Origin: Eubacteriales bacterium
Lineage (GTDB): Bacteria; Bacillota; Clostridia; Oscillospirales; QAKW01
Assembly (NCBI GenBank): GCA_045636365.1
Contig: JAZTXG010000012.1
Location: 6,559-70,558, forward strand
Reading direction: 5' to 3'
Length of the DNA stretch: 64,000 nt
A program made the translations under genes and the position numbers. This document shows positions 34,998 through 43,056 of this stretch, one piece after another. The notes beneath the pieces were generated by a model. The model ran no database searches, was not told the origin of the DNA, and saw only the letters and a program-made list of their open reading frames with translations. The first letter of the stretch is position 1. Each line of letters opens with the position of its first letter.

Positions 34998-36199
34998 TGA
35001 TGAATATTCTCATTACCGGCGCGGCGGGCTTTGTGGGAAAAAATCTCACTGCCGCGCTGCAATCCATCAAGGACGGTAAGGACCGCACCCATCCCGCCTT
35101 GGAGATCGGCGAGCTTTATCTCTATGATATCGATACCCCCCAAGCTGTTTTGGAAGAAGCCTGCCAAAAGGCCGACTTTGTCTTTAACCTTGCCGGTGTC
35201 AATCGTCCGCAGGACCCCAAGGAGTTTATGGAAGGAAACTTTGGTTTTGCTTCCACCTTGCTGGACCTTCTGAAAAAATATAAAAACACCTGCCCGATCC
35301 TACTTTCTTCCTCCATTCAGGCCACCTGCATCGGCCGCTACGACAGCGACTACGGCCGGAGCAAAAAAGCAGGGGAAGAGTTGTTCTTTTCCTATGCCGA
35401 AGAAACCGACGCCAAGGTGCTGGTCTATCGGTTCCCCAATCTTTTCGGCAAGTGGTGCCGCCCCAACTATAATTCGGCGGTCGCCACCTTCTGCAACAAT
35501 ATTGCCAACGATCTGGAGATCACTGTCAATGATCCTGCCATCGAGCTGGAGCTGCTCTATATCGATGACCTGATCGATGAGATGCTTTGCGCGTTGGAAG
35601 GAACACCCCACCGTTGCGAGTTCGATGGGATCCAAACGGTGCTGACCGAAAACGGCCGCTATTGCGCTGCGCCCATCACCCATAAGGTGACCCTTGGGGA
35701 GATTGTGGACCTGCTGCATTCCTTCAAGGAGCAGCCCAATACCCTGATGATCCCCGAAATTCCCCATCATTCTTTTGCCAAGAAGCTCTATTCCACCTAT
35801 CTTTCCTATCTGCCGAAGGAAAAGGTTTCCTTCCCCTTAAAGATGAATGTGGACGAGCGGGGCAGCTTTACCGAGCTGCTGCGGACCGCCAACTGCGGGC
35901 AGGTCAGCATCAATATCTCCAAGCCCGGCATCACCAAAGGCCAGCATTGGCACCATACCAAATGGGAGTTCTTTATCGTCGTTTCGGGCAAAGGCTTGAT
36001 CCAGATGCGTAAGATCGGCTCGGATGAGGTTCTGAACTTTGAGGTTTCGGGCGAGAAGATCGAGGCGGTACATATGCTGCCCGGCTATACCCATAACATT
36101 ATCAACCTGAGCGATACCGAAGATCTGGTCACCGTTATGTGGGCCAACGAACTGTTTGACCCCAATAAACCCGATACATTTTTTGAGGTGGTAGAATGA
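34997..36199 (+). CDS. fnlB: FnlB/CapF-type bifunctional 3-epimerase/4-reductase (SDR domain plus C-terminal cupin).
   Basis: A 400-aa ORF. Motif ILITGAAGFVGKNL. The C-terminal cupin-like region is ERGSFTELLRT...SKPGITKGQHWHHTKWEFFIVVSG. It lies between the fnlA-like and fnlC-like genes. Confidence 0.8.
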   Translation: MMNILITGAAGFVGKNLTAALQSIKDGKDRTHPALEIGELYLYDIDTPQAVLEEACQKADFVFNLAGVNRPQDPKEFMEGNFGFASTLLDLLKKYKNTCPILLSSSIQATCIGRYDSDYGRSKKAGEELFFSYAEETDAKVLVYRFPNLFGKWCRPNYNSAVATFCNNIANDLEITVNDPAIELELLYIDDLIDEMLCALEGTPHRCEFDGIQTVLTENGRYCAAPITHKVTLGEIVDLLHSFKEQPNTLMIPEIPHHSFAKKLYSTYLSYLPKEKVSFPLKMNVDERGSFTELLRTANCGQVSINISKPGITKGQHWHHTKWEFFIVVSGKGLIQMRKIGSDEVLNFEVSGEKIEAVHMLPGYTHNIINLSDTEDLVTVMWANELFDPNKPDTFFEVVE

Positions 36200-36702
36200 G
36201 ACTGGTAATTCTCGGCGCGGGCGGTTACGGCCGCAATATTGCCGATCTAGCGGAACAGTCCGGTCGATATGATGAGATCTTTTTTTTGGACGACGGTGAT
36301 ACAAATACCGCCGGAAAATGCGCGGAGTTTCCGCGTTTTTCCAATGAAAACACCGAATTTTATGCCGCTTTCGGCAATAACGCTCTACGCATGAGCTGGC
36401 TGAAACAGTTTGATGACTGCGGCTGTGCCGTTGCGACCATTGTGCACCCTGCCGCTTATGTCAGCCCCAAGGCGACTGTGGGCCGCGGGGTTGCCATTCT
36501 TCCCGGAGCAATCGTGAATACCGGCACAGTGATCGGTGACGGCTGTATCATTAACTGCGGCTGTATTGTGGATCACGACTGTGTGGTAAGCGAAGGCGTC
36601 CACGTCAGTCCGGGCGCCATTGTCAAGGCCGAGAACCGCATCCCTGCTCTTGAAAAGATCGAAGCAGGGCAGGTCATTGCCAACCGAACCTATCCCTTAT
36701 AA
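36196..36702 (+). CDS. Hexapeptide-repeat sugar acetyltransferase (NeuD/PglD family).
   Basis: A 168-aa ORF with a Rossmann-like N-terminus LVILGAGGYGRNIADLA and left-handed beta-helix repeats VGRGVAILPGAIVNTGTVIGDGCIINCGCIVDHDCVV. Confidence 0.75.
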   Translation: MRLVILGAGGYGRNIADLAEQSGRYDEIFFLDDGDTNTAGKCAEFPRFSNENTEFYAAFGNNALRMSWLKQFDDCGCAVATIVHPAAYVSPKATVGRGVAILPGAIVNTGTVIGDGCIINCGCIVDHDCVVSEGVHVSPGAIVKAENRIPALEKIEAGQVIANRTYPL

Positions 36703-36731
36703 AACACAAAAAAGAGAAAGAGGAAACTACT

Positions 36732-37916
36732 ATGGATATCAAACTGGACTATTCCGATGTCTCCTTTCAGGAAAACGGAAAGCTGAAGCTTTTGATCATC
36801 GTCGGCACCCGCCCCGAGATCATCCGCTTGGCGGCGGTCATCAATAAATGCCGCCAATATTTCGATTGCATTTTAGCCCATACCGGCCAGAACTATGATT
36901 ATAATCTCAACGGCATCTTCTTCCGCGATCTGGGCCTTGCCGATCCCGAAGTTTATATGGATGCGGTGGGGGACGATCTGGGCGCCACCGTAGGCAACAT
37001 CATCAACTGCTCTTATAAGCTGATGGATCAGATCAAGCCCGACGCACTGCTGATTTTGGGCGATACCAACTCCTGCCTTTCCGCCATTTCCGCCAAGCGG
37101 CTGCATATCCCCATCTTCCATATGGAAGCGGGCAACCGCTGCAAGGATGAATGTCTGCCGGAGGAAACTAACCGCCGCATTGTAGACATTATTTCCGATG
37201 TCAATCTGGCCTATTCCGAACACGCCCGCCGCTATCTCGCCGATTGCGGTCTGCCCAAGGAGCGTACCTATGTCACCGGCTCGCCGATGGCAGAAGTGTT
37301 ACACAATAATCTGGACTCCATTATGGCATCCGACGTCCATCAACGGCTGGGTCTGGAAAAGGGCAAATACATTCTGCTTTCCGCCCATCGGGAAGAAAAT
37401 ATCGATACCGAAAAGAATTTCCTTTCCCTCTTCACCGCCATCAATAAGATGGCAGAAAAATACGATATGCCGATCCTTTATTCCTGCCATCCCCGCTCCA
37501 AAAAGCGGCTGGAGGCGAGCGGATTTAAGCTGGATCCCCGCGTTATCCAAAACGAGCCGCAGGGCTTCCACGATTATAACTGCCTGCAGATGAACGCATT
37601 TTGCTGCGTTTCCGATTCGGGGACTCTGCCCGAGGAGAGCAGCTTCTTCACCAGCGTGGGCCATCCCTTCCCCGCGGTTTGCATCCGCACCTCCACCGAG
37701 CGCCCCGAGGCGCTGGACAAGGCTTGCTTTGTTCTGGCAGGTATTGATGAAAAATCCCTGCTGCAAGCGGTGGATACCGCTATCCAAATGAATGTGGACG
37801 GCTGTTACGGCATTCCCGTTCCCGACTATGTGGAAGAAAATGTTTCCACCAAGGTGGTCAAGCTGATTCAAAGCTACACCGGCGTGGTGGATAAAATGGT
37901 CTGGAGAAAATATTGA
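36732..37916 (+). CDS. fnlC: UDP-2-acetamido-2,6-dideoxy-L-talose 2-epimerase, FnlC/CapG type.
   Basis: A 394-aa ORF of the 2-epimerase family. Motifs: LLIIVGTRPEIIRLAAVI, ILGDTNS, HMEAGNR, and DSGTLPEES. Its position after fnlA/fnlB supports the call. Confidence 0.8.
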   Translation: MDIKLDYSDVSFQENGKLKLLIIVGTRPEIIRLAAVINKCRQYFDCILAHTGQNYDYNLNGIFFRDLGLADPEVYMDAVGDDLGATVGNIINCSYKLMDQIKPDALLILGDTNSCLSAISAKRLHIPIFHMEAGNRCKDECLPEETNRRIVDIISDVNLAYSEHARRYLADCGLPKERTYVTGSPMAEVLHNNLDSIMASDVHQRLGLEKGKYILLSAHREENIDTEKNFLSLFTAINKMAEKYDMPILYSCHPRSKKRLEASGFKLDPRVIQNEPQGFHDYNCLQMNAFCCVSDSGTLPEESSFFTSVGHPFPAVCIRTSTERPEALDKACFVLAGIDEKSLLQAVDTAIQMNVDGCYGIPVPDYVEENVSTKVVKLIQSYTGVVDKMVWRKY

Positions 37917-37925
37917 TTTCATAAC

Positions 37926-37958
37926 AAAAGCGAGGTGCTGATGCACCTCGCTTTTTTT
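37926..37958. terminator. Bidirectional terminator (twin of 39282-39312).
   Basis: AAAAGCGAGGTGCtgaTGCACCTCGCTTTTTTT, between the convergent fnlC-like and transporter genes. Confidence 0.75.
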
Positions 37959-37977
37959 GCAGAAATATATAAGAATA

Positions 37978-39189
37978 TTATGATAAGAAGAGGATTAGGA
38001 ATTGGTTTACCAGCACCACAGAGATTAGCGCGATGGGGTAGGTAGCCGCATAGGCGGAAGCCACATCCTCGGTGCCGGTCACATGGATCAGCGTCCCCAG
38101 AGCGGGGGTGGAGGTCATGCCGCCGGTGATGGAGCCCAGATTATTGAACAGGGGCAGCTTCAGCAAATACTTTGCGATCAGGAACCCAACGAACATAGGC
38201 ACAATGGTCATAACCATACCATACAAGAAATATATCGGCTGGAACAGCTCGATGAAACGGGAGCCGCCGGAGATGCCGGCGCCCATAAGGAAGAACACCA
38301 AGCCCAGTTCCCGCAAGGACTTGAGGACCGTCGTCTTGGGCATAATATTCACCGGTCCGATGTGCAAGAAATGACCAAACAGCAGGCCGGCCAGCAAGCA
38401 GCCTCCGGTGGCGGTCAGGGAGAAATTGCCGAACTTTAAGTTCCCGATGACAATACCGATTAATACCGCCAAAGCAAAGGGCATAAAGCCGAAGTCGTCC
38501 ATATCGATGAGCTTGCCCTCGTAGGTTTTTTTCTTGCCCGTATCGGCAACGGCAATCTTTTGGCGTTCCGTTTCCACATCCACACGCATCAACTTGGGCA
38601 TCAGCTGCACAAACAACACGACGCCCACAACGCCAAACAGGTAGGCAATGCCGTAGCCGGTGGAAACATAATCCACAAGCTCTGCTGCCACAGTTCCCTT
38701 GGCGGCGGAGAAGGCAGGGGTGGAGGTGAGGGCGCCGGAGAAGAGGCCGGACATCATGGCGGTCAGCTCGCTGTTGGCAAGCTCGGTAAAGTTTCTGCCT
38801 ACCAGGATGCAGCCCATGCAGGTCAGACCTCCGGACACGATAATTATTAGTCCTATAAGGATATAGGATTTGAAATTCTTTTTAAAGTTCGCGACAAAAC
38901 TGGGGCCTGCGATAAAGCCAACAGCGGTGACAAAGAACATAAGACCCAGATTCTCCACAATCTTCAGCGCTTCGCTGACAAAGGTCTGCTCTTTCACAGT
39001 AAGGGCAGCGGCCAAGTCCTTATAGAAGACGCAGCCAAACACCAGCGCCATGATGAAAACACCGGCAGTACCCAGATTGATGCCCTTAATGGTGATACGG
39101 CCGAGCAGGTACCCCACAGCAATCACAGCAAATAAGCAAAGCATCATAAAGGCAACGCCGGTAGATGCGGTAAATGTAAACATATCCAT
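37978..39189 (-). CDS. AAE-type (Asp-Al_Ex / YidE-YbjL-like) permease lacking TrkA_C domains.
   Basis: ORF track 37978..39207 with a GTG start. AAGGAGcaaATGgatATG favours an ATG at 39189 or 39183. A duplicated motif is present: LGRITIKGINLGTAGVFIMALVFG, and GNLKFGNFSLTATGGCLLAGLLFG. Confidence 0.65.
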   Translation of the reverse strand: MDMFTFTASTGVAFMMLCLFAVIAVGYLLGRITIKGINLGTAGVFIMALVFGCVFYKDLAAALTVKEQTFVSEALKIVENLGLMFFVTAVGFIAGPSFVANFKKNFKSYILIGLIIIVSGGLTCMGCILVGRNFTELANSELTAMMSGLFSGALTSTPAFSAAKGTVAAELVDYVSTGYGIAYLFGVVGVVLFVQLMPKLMRVDVETERQKIAVADTGKKKTYEGKLIDMDDFGFMPFALAVLIGIVIGNLKFGNFSLTATGGCLLAGLLFGHFLHIGPVNIMPKTTVLKSLRELGLVFFLMGAGISGGSRFIELFQPIYFLYGMVMTIVPMFVGFLIAKYLLKLPLFNNLGSITGGMTSTPALGTLIHVTGTEDVASAYAATYPIALISVVLVNQFLILFLS

Positions 39190-39281
39190 TTGCTCCTTCA
39201 ATTTCACTCATTTTCTAAAGAATTATAGCATTTTTGTGTTTTTGCGTCAATAAGTGGAAGAAAAATATATCAAAGAAACGC

Positions 39282-39312
39282 AAAAGCGAGGTGAATTTCA
39301 CCTCGCTTTTTT
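39282..39312. terminator. Bidirectional terminator (twin of 37926-37958).
   Basis: AAAAGCGAGGTGaatttCACCTCGCTTTTTTT, directly after the TGA of the M20 peptidase gene. Confidence 0.75.
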
Positions 39313-40452
39313 TCATCCTGCAAAATAGGCAGATAATATCTTGGCCCGCAAGGGGATGCTTTCGGCGTTCAGGAATTCAGCAGGGGTATGTTGTTTGCCG
39401 CCGCTGGCGCCCATACTGCAGATGGAGGGGATCCCCGCCATCTGGGTAAAGCAAGAATCCGAGCCGCCGCCGGATTCCACCGGCGTCAGGGTACCCAGCC
39501 CATGTTTCTGGCAAGCATCCAAAAGATCTTGCAGCAATGCCATCGTTTCGGGTGTTTTCTCCATCGGCGGGCGAATCCCCAGCAGGGTAACCTCGCAGGA
39601 AGTGCCGGAGATGAATTCGGTTTTTGCCACCTTATCCACCACTTCTTTGGCGCGTTCCACCGCCTCGACCGTACGGGCACGGACATCGATCATCACCGAG
39701 CAATGGTCGGGGATGATATTCAACACCGAACCGCCCTCGATGATATTACAGCTATAGGTTGTTCCCTCCGGCTCACTCTTTTGGCTCAGAGCGACGATCT
39801 TATGGGCAGCTTCCACCACCGCATTTTTTGAGGTAAAGACCGCCTTGCCCGCGTGGCCCGATACGCCCTTGACATCCAATTTGAATTTGAGGATCGCCTT
39901 ACGGGCGACCACCACCTGATCGCCTTCGGTAGTCTCGCAGTTGATGGCGCAAGGGAAGCCTGCGGAGCGTTCCCGATAGAATTCCTGCTCCCGCTCACCG
40001 CCAAGGACGTTGGAGATCTCCTCATCGGAGGTAAGAACCAAACGCAGATGTTTATCAAAGCCCTTTTCCTTCAGCGCCTTCATCGTCAAAAGCGCGATGG
40101 CGATGCCGCCCTTGCAATCGATGACACCGGGACCATAGATTCGATTCCCTTCTCTACGCACCGCAGGGGAACCAAAGACGCCCTTATCAAAGACGGTATC
40201 CATATGCGCCATCATAAGACCGGCCTTTTCCGCGCCGGGGTTGATCTCAATGGTGAGAAAATCGCCGCATTGTTCCATCGGTGTCCGCGTCACCTGCAGG
40301 CCTTCGCCTTGGGCAAAATCGGCGATATAATCCACCATTTGGTCGATGGTCTCCTTATCGTAGGCGCGCGCCTCGAAGAAACAGATCTTGCATAAGAAAT
40401 CGATATATTTTTCTGCTGTATTATCAATAAATTGAAATGCTTGCTCTACCAT
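39313..40452 (-). CDS. M20-family metallopeptidase (carboxypeptidase G2 / glutamate carboxypeptidase-like).
   Basis: A 379-aa ORF. Motifs: MAHMDTVF, GPGVIDCKGG, TSDEEI and GGGSD. Confidence 0.7.
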   Translation of the reverse strand: MVEQAFQFIDNTAEKYIDFLCKICFFEARAYDKETIDQMVDYIADFAQGEGLQVTRTPMEQCGDFLTIEINPGAEKAGLMMAHMDTVFDKGVFGSPAVRREGNRIYGPGVIDCKGGIAIALLTMKALKEKGFDKHLRLVLTSDEEISNVLGGEREQEFYRERSAGFPCAINCETTEGDQVVVARKAILKFKLDVKGVSGHAGKAVFTSKNAVVEAAHKIVALSQKSEPEGTTYSCNIIEGGSVLNIIPDHCSVMIDVRARTVEAVERAKEVVDKVAKTEFISGTSCEVTLLGIRPPMEKTPETMALLQDLLDACQKHGLGTLTPVESGGGSDSCFTQMAGIPSICSMGASGGKQHTPAEFLNAESIPLRAKILSAYFAG

Positions 40453-40476
40453 AAAATTATCTCCTAATTATATTCC

Positions 40477-41145
40477 TTATCCGTAATATTCACCGGTCAG
40501 TTCCTCTACCTCGGTTTTCTTCCGCTCGCTGGTAAAGGAGAGCAGCCAATCGTAGTTGCTCTCATCGGAATAGACGGTGCTCCAGCAATTATGGGCACAT
40601 TCGGGGAAGAGAATCAGCTCCGCATAGCCGCCGTTTCGGTTGACCGCCTTGACCATCTCCAAACTTTCGATGGGATCGACCAGCGTATCCTTCAAGCCAT
40701 GGAAGGCGCGGATGGGGAGGTCTACCATCCCTCTGGTGAAGGCAGGAACCCCGCCGCCGCAGACCGGCATCGCCGCCGCAAACCAATCGGGATGGTGGGT
40801 GGCAAGCATCCATGTACCGTAACCGCCCATGCTGTTGCCGGTCAGATAAATGCGGGTTTTATCGATATAGGGGATTGCGCGGTAGTGTTCTACCAAGCCG
40901 ACCAACGGCTTCATCCATTCGTTCCAATCAGCGCTTTGGCAAAGGGGCGCTATGAGAATATAGCCTCTGGCATCCTGCCGCTCCAGCAGCCTGCCCACAT
41001 TGGCATTTCTCCCCAAGCGCTCCAAGGAATCGCTGCGGGTTCCCGCGCCGTGTAAAAATATAATCAACGGATATTTTTGCTCTTGCTGAAAACCCTTCGG
41101 AAAGGAGATCAGATATTTGAGCCCTTCAAATATTTTTTCTTCCAC
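40477..41145 (-). CDS. Alpha/beta hydrolase (carboxylesterase / prolyl-oligopeptidase-type serine hydrolase).
   Basis: A 222-aa ORF with a GTG start after GGAGAA. Motifs: PLIIFLHGAGTR, nucleophile elbow GNSMGG, and a late HGLKD...H. Confidence 0.7.
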   Translation of the reverse strand: MEEKIFEGLKYLISFPKGFQQEQKYPLIIFLHGAGTRSDSLERLGRNANVGRLLERQDARGYILIAPLCQSADWNEWMKPLVGLVEHYRAIPYIDKTRIYLTGNSMGGYGTWMLATHHPDWFAAAMPVCGGGVPAFTRGMVDLPIRAFHGLKDTLVDPIESLEMVKAVNRNGGYAELILFPECAHNCWSTVYSDESNYDWLLSFTSERKKTEVEELTGEYYG

Positions 41146-41148
41146 GTT

Positions 41149-42150
41149 TTATTCTCCTTTTTTTAATGAACGCGCTTTGGACCGTTGCACCATTCCGTAT
41201 GCAAGGGCGGTCGATGCCACGCAAACAATAATAGGATGGGCAAATTGAAGAAGGATAGAGCCCTCATAATTTATGGCAAACAGTTTATATATTCCGAGAA
41301 TTACCGTAGACAGCATCACATGGAAGATATAAATATAGGTACTGCATCCCGAAAGGGCATTTATAAACAAAGGGTATTGGACGTTTGCGTACTTAATAAA
41401 CCAAACAACCAGCGCAAACAAAATCAGCATGGAACCGATATACATCTCATTTCTGCCAAAGAAATGCCGAGAGATCAAGGCTTCGATCCCGCCGATGACC
41501 GCTAAAAGAATAAGCGCGTAATTGGGGATGTTGTGTAGTTTGTTTTCATGTTTTCTTGTAAATAGACCCAACAGGAAAAACGGCATTCCCATCAAGGCGA
41601 AATTCCGCACCCACCAAAGCGGGATTCGGATTCCGACCATCGAAAGACCCTCGCCAAGCAAAAGATGCCCGCCCAACAGCAAAAACGAAAGGATAAACAT
41701 CGCTTTTTCGTTGAACCGAGAAACCGTCATCCAATAAAAAACAAGATAGACATAAATCAGCGCCAACAAAAACCATAAATGACCGGCACTGATGGGAACA
41801 TTGAATATAAAGAGTTTACCCAACCTTGTAACATCCAGATACTTCGCAAAATAGAGAAAAACTCTTCCCACTTTCCCTTTTAAAAGGTAGGTCACGATGT
41901 TAAACACCGTGTAACTAACGACCGCAAGGATCGATAAATTCAGTATGTTTTTTGCTCTTTTCAGGATTTTTTCGGGCTTGATCTGATAAGAATAATAACC
42001 GGATATCAAAAAGAAAAGAGGCACCGCAAATCGCGCCAACGTCTCTATGGCAATGCCCAATCCCCCATAAAACTTTACATGGATAAACACCACCATATAA
42101 GATGCAAACAATTTTAATAATTCCAGTGTGTAATTTTTTTGATCGCTCAT
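41149..42150 (-). CDS. Acyltransferase-3 family integral membrane protein.
   Basis: A 333-aa ORF with about 10 TM segments. The N-terminus LLKLFASYMVVFIHV and FFLISGYY are typical of the family. Confidence 0.7.
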   Translation of the reverse strand: MSDQKNYTLELLKLFASYMVVFIHVKFYGGLGIAIETLARFAVPLFFLISGYYSYQIKPEKILKRAKNILNLSILAVVSYTVFNIVTYLLKGKVGRVFLYFAKYLDVTRLGKLFIFNVPISAGHLWFLLALIYVYLVFYWMTVSRFNEKAMFILSFLLLGGHLLLGEGLSMVGIRIPLWWVRNFALMGMPFFLLGLFTRKHENKLHNIPNYALILLAVIGGIEALISRHFFGRNEMYIGSMLILFALVVWFIKYANVQYPLFINALSGCSTYIYIFHVMLSTVILGIYKLFAINYEGSILLQFAHPIIVCVASTALAYGMVQRSKARSLKKGE

Positions 42151-42270
42151 CCCCTCACCGCCTTTTATTTATTTTAACACATCTTATTTCAAAAGTAAAT
42201 TATCGCAGTATAAATCTCCTCAAAATACAGATAATAACAACACGATTTGAAATTAAAAGGAGATTTATAT

Positions 42271-42810
42271 ATGAAAGCCACTGGAATAGTTCGAAGAATC
42301 GACGATTTAGGTCGTGTGGTTATACCAAAAGAGATTAGAAGGACTTTGCGGATTCGGGAAGGAGATCCGCTGGAGATATTTACAGGAAAAGAAGGGGAGG
42401 TTGTTTTTAAGAAATACTCGCCCTTCAGCGAGCTGGGGACTTTTGCGGGGGAATATGTTTCGGCGCTGCAGACGGTGAGCGGGTTTGGCTGCGCCATTGC
42501 CGACCGCGACAATGTCATCGCCTATGCGGGGAGCGGCAAGCGGGAGATTTTAGATCGGCCGCTTTCGGAGCAGGCGGAGGAGCTGATCGCCAGCCGCCGT
42601 GCCTTTATCACCGGCGCCGATACCGCCAGCATTCCGCTGCTGCGGGAGAGCGACAAGCACCGCATCGCCGCCGCCCGCCCCATCCTGGCGAGCGGGGACA
42701 TTTTGGGGATGGTCTGCTTTTTGATGACCGACGGCAGCACCATCTCTTCCACCGAAGAAAAGCTCTTGCAAGCCGCAGCTCTATTCTTAGGCAAACAAAT
42801 GGAAACCTAA
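42271..42810 (+). CDS. spoVT: Stage V sporulation protein T (AbrB-type SpoVT domain plus GAF-like C-terminal domain).
   Basis: ORF track 42247..42810. AAAGGAGatttatatATG places the start at 42271. The N-terminus is MKATGIVRRIDDLGRVVIPKEIRRTLRIREGDPLEIF. Confidence 0.85.
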   Translation: MKATGIVRRIDDLGRVVIPKEIRRTLRIREGDPLEIFTGKEGEVVFKKYSPFSELGTFAGEYVSALQTVSGFGCAIADRDNVIAYAGSGKREILDRPLSEQAEELIASRRAFITGADTASIPLLRESDKHRIAAARPILASGDILGMVCFLMTDGSTISSTEEKLLQAAALFLGKQMET

Positions 42811-42854
42811 GGCGGGCTTTAAAAATCGCCTGAAACTTCCAACCCTCGCCACTC

Positions 42855-43050
42855 GGCGTATTTTTATACGCCTTCGGGTGCCCTATCGGCGCGGTTTGAA
42901 ACTTTCAAACAATTTTTATGCGCCCTTAAATGAAACAACAAAATTAAAAGACCGATCAAATCGGATGCAGATTTTGTTTTCTCTTACCGAAGGCGTATGT
43001 CGATACGTCGAGGGAAGAAAAACGGAAGCTGCGCCGATTTCATCGGTCTT
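42855..43050. repeat. Loose array of mini-hairpins (array D) in the spoVT / M23-peptidase intergenic region.
   Basis: The units are GGCGTATttttATACGCC, GTTTGAAAcTTTCAAAC, AAGACCGATcaaATCGG, CGTATgtcgATACG and CCGATttcATCGGTCTT. The third and fifth are inverted copies of each other. Confidence 0.6.
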
Positions 43051-43056
43051 ATTTGT

